Origin: Octopus vulgaris
Lineage: Eukaryota
Length of the DNA stretch: 64,000 bases
Reading direction: 5' to 3'
Assembly: GCA_951406725.2 (NCBI GenBank)
Contig: OX597822.1
Location: 36,890,001-36,954,000 of the forward strand
The translations under genes were made by a program, and so were the position numbers. Shown here piece by piece: positions 62,923 through 64,000 of the stretch. Under the pieces are notes generated by a model that saw only the letters and a list, made by a program, of their open reading frames with translations, did not search any database and was not told the origin of the DNA. Within the stretch, counting starts at the first letter, position 1; every line of letters starts with the position of its first letter.

Positions 62923-63151
62923 GCGGCGAGCTGGCAGAAACGTTAGCATGCCGGGCGAAATGCTTAACGGTATTTCGTCTGTGTTACGTTGTGAGTTCAA
63001 ATTCCGTCGAAGTCGACTTTGCCTTTCATCCTTTCGGGGTCAATAAATTAAGTACCAGTTACACACTGGGGTCGATGTAATCGACTTAATACCTATATCT
63101 GTCCTTGTTTGTCCCCTCTGTGTTTAGCCCCTTGTGGGTAATAAAGAAATA
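62923..63151 (+). mobile_element. Young SINE (head + core + linker form of the 2150 family)
   Basis: CpG-rich; flanking direct repeat ggtattaaag at 62913-62922 and 63152-63161. Confidence 0.88.
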
Positions 63152-63558
63152 GGTATTAAAGTAGCTGAGTAATACACTGGTATTGTGCAACTGAGCAGAA
63201 CACTTTAGTCTACATGACCTCAGTTCACTCAGCTGCTTGGCAAAAATATTTAGTGTCAGAATATATGTTGAGGGTAGCTTGTGACAGACTGGTGTTCTAC
63301 CCCAAAGGAGATTATTTATCTCCTTGCCAGTTTACAAAATGAATCTGGAACTGAGTACCATTTCTAATTTATTAGTGTAATATGTAGAAATTTTGTTTAG
63401 GTTACAACCCAAATGACTCAAGCATTATTAAGCAGATGCTGGAACATAATGTAACAGGAAATTTTAGTAGGAAATTATAATTCAGATCACTTTAAAACAG
63501 GAAGTTTGTACCAGAGAATGAAGGGTAGTCTTGGGCAGATTGGAATCAAAATAGTTAA

Positions 63559-64000
63559 CCCTTTAGTATTCAGATTTTTCTGTCAAATGTAAAGCTTGTT
63601 TATTCACATCAATTCAAATTAATTAGGCATTATCTCATATCTTTAGGAATTCAATAATGTGATTGTCGCGGCAGATATCGGTGTCATGCAAATTGGCATG
63701 TAAAAGCAACCCAGTGTCATGCAAATGGCACCTGTGCCAGTGGCATGTAAAAGCACCCACTACACTCTTGGAGTGGTTGGCATTAGGAAGGGCATCCAGC
63801 CATAGAAAACCATGACAAATCAGACAGGAGTCTGGTGCAGCCTTCCAACCTGGTCAAACCATCCAATCCATGTCAGCATGGACAACGGATGTTAAATGAT
63901 GATGATGGCTGTTGCATTTTTAGAATGACATTGCAGGGTAGGTGTAAGAGATAAAATCTGGCTGGTTGAACATAAAACAGATAAATTATTTGGGCTGGAT
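63559..64000 (+). mobile_element. piggyBac-like MITE interrupted by an RTE tail element (about 63667-63907)
   Basis: ttaa|ccctttagtattcag start; MITE sequence resumes after the (GAT)n tail. Confidence 0.75.

Overview
Eukaryotic, AT-rich, microsatellite- and retroposon-dense genomic DNA. The repeat families look like octopus (coleoid cephalopod); this is an inference. Two intron-containing genes were reconstructed on the minus strand, with every GT-AG junction and codon phase checked by hand. (1) The last 18 coding exons (62785->39124, about 900 aa) of TRRAP/Tra1: end of FAT, PIKK pseudokinase and FATC, ending in LCRMDPAWHPWL*. It is probably followed by a very long (up to about 9 kb) 3' UTR. 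(2) A complete 8-exon aldo-keto reductase (24146->6972, 303 aa, D-Y-K-H tetrad intact). There may also be 3' exons of a third, plus-strand gene near 1.4-3.5 kb (low confidence). The rest is tRNA-derived SINEs (several with TSDs), many truncated or internally deleted RTE LINE copies with a tandem-repeat 3' UTR, an R4/Dong fragment, Tc1/mariner, pogo, piggyBac- and hAT-like remnants, an LTR RNase H fragment, minisatellites and long inverted repeats. I found no convincing new multi-gene system. The most notable items are a lineage-specific, frame-preserving S/T-P-rich exon in TRRAP, a near-perfect 156-bp intronic palindrome and other dsRNA-forming structures (possible ADAR substrates), and RTE derivatives that share a 5' start point.
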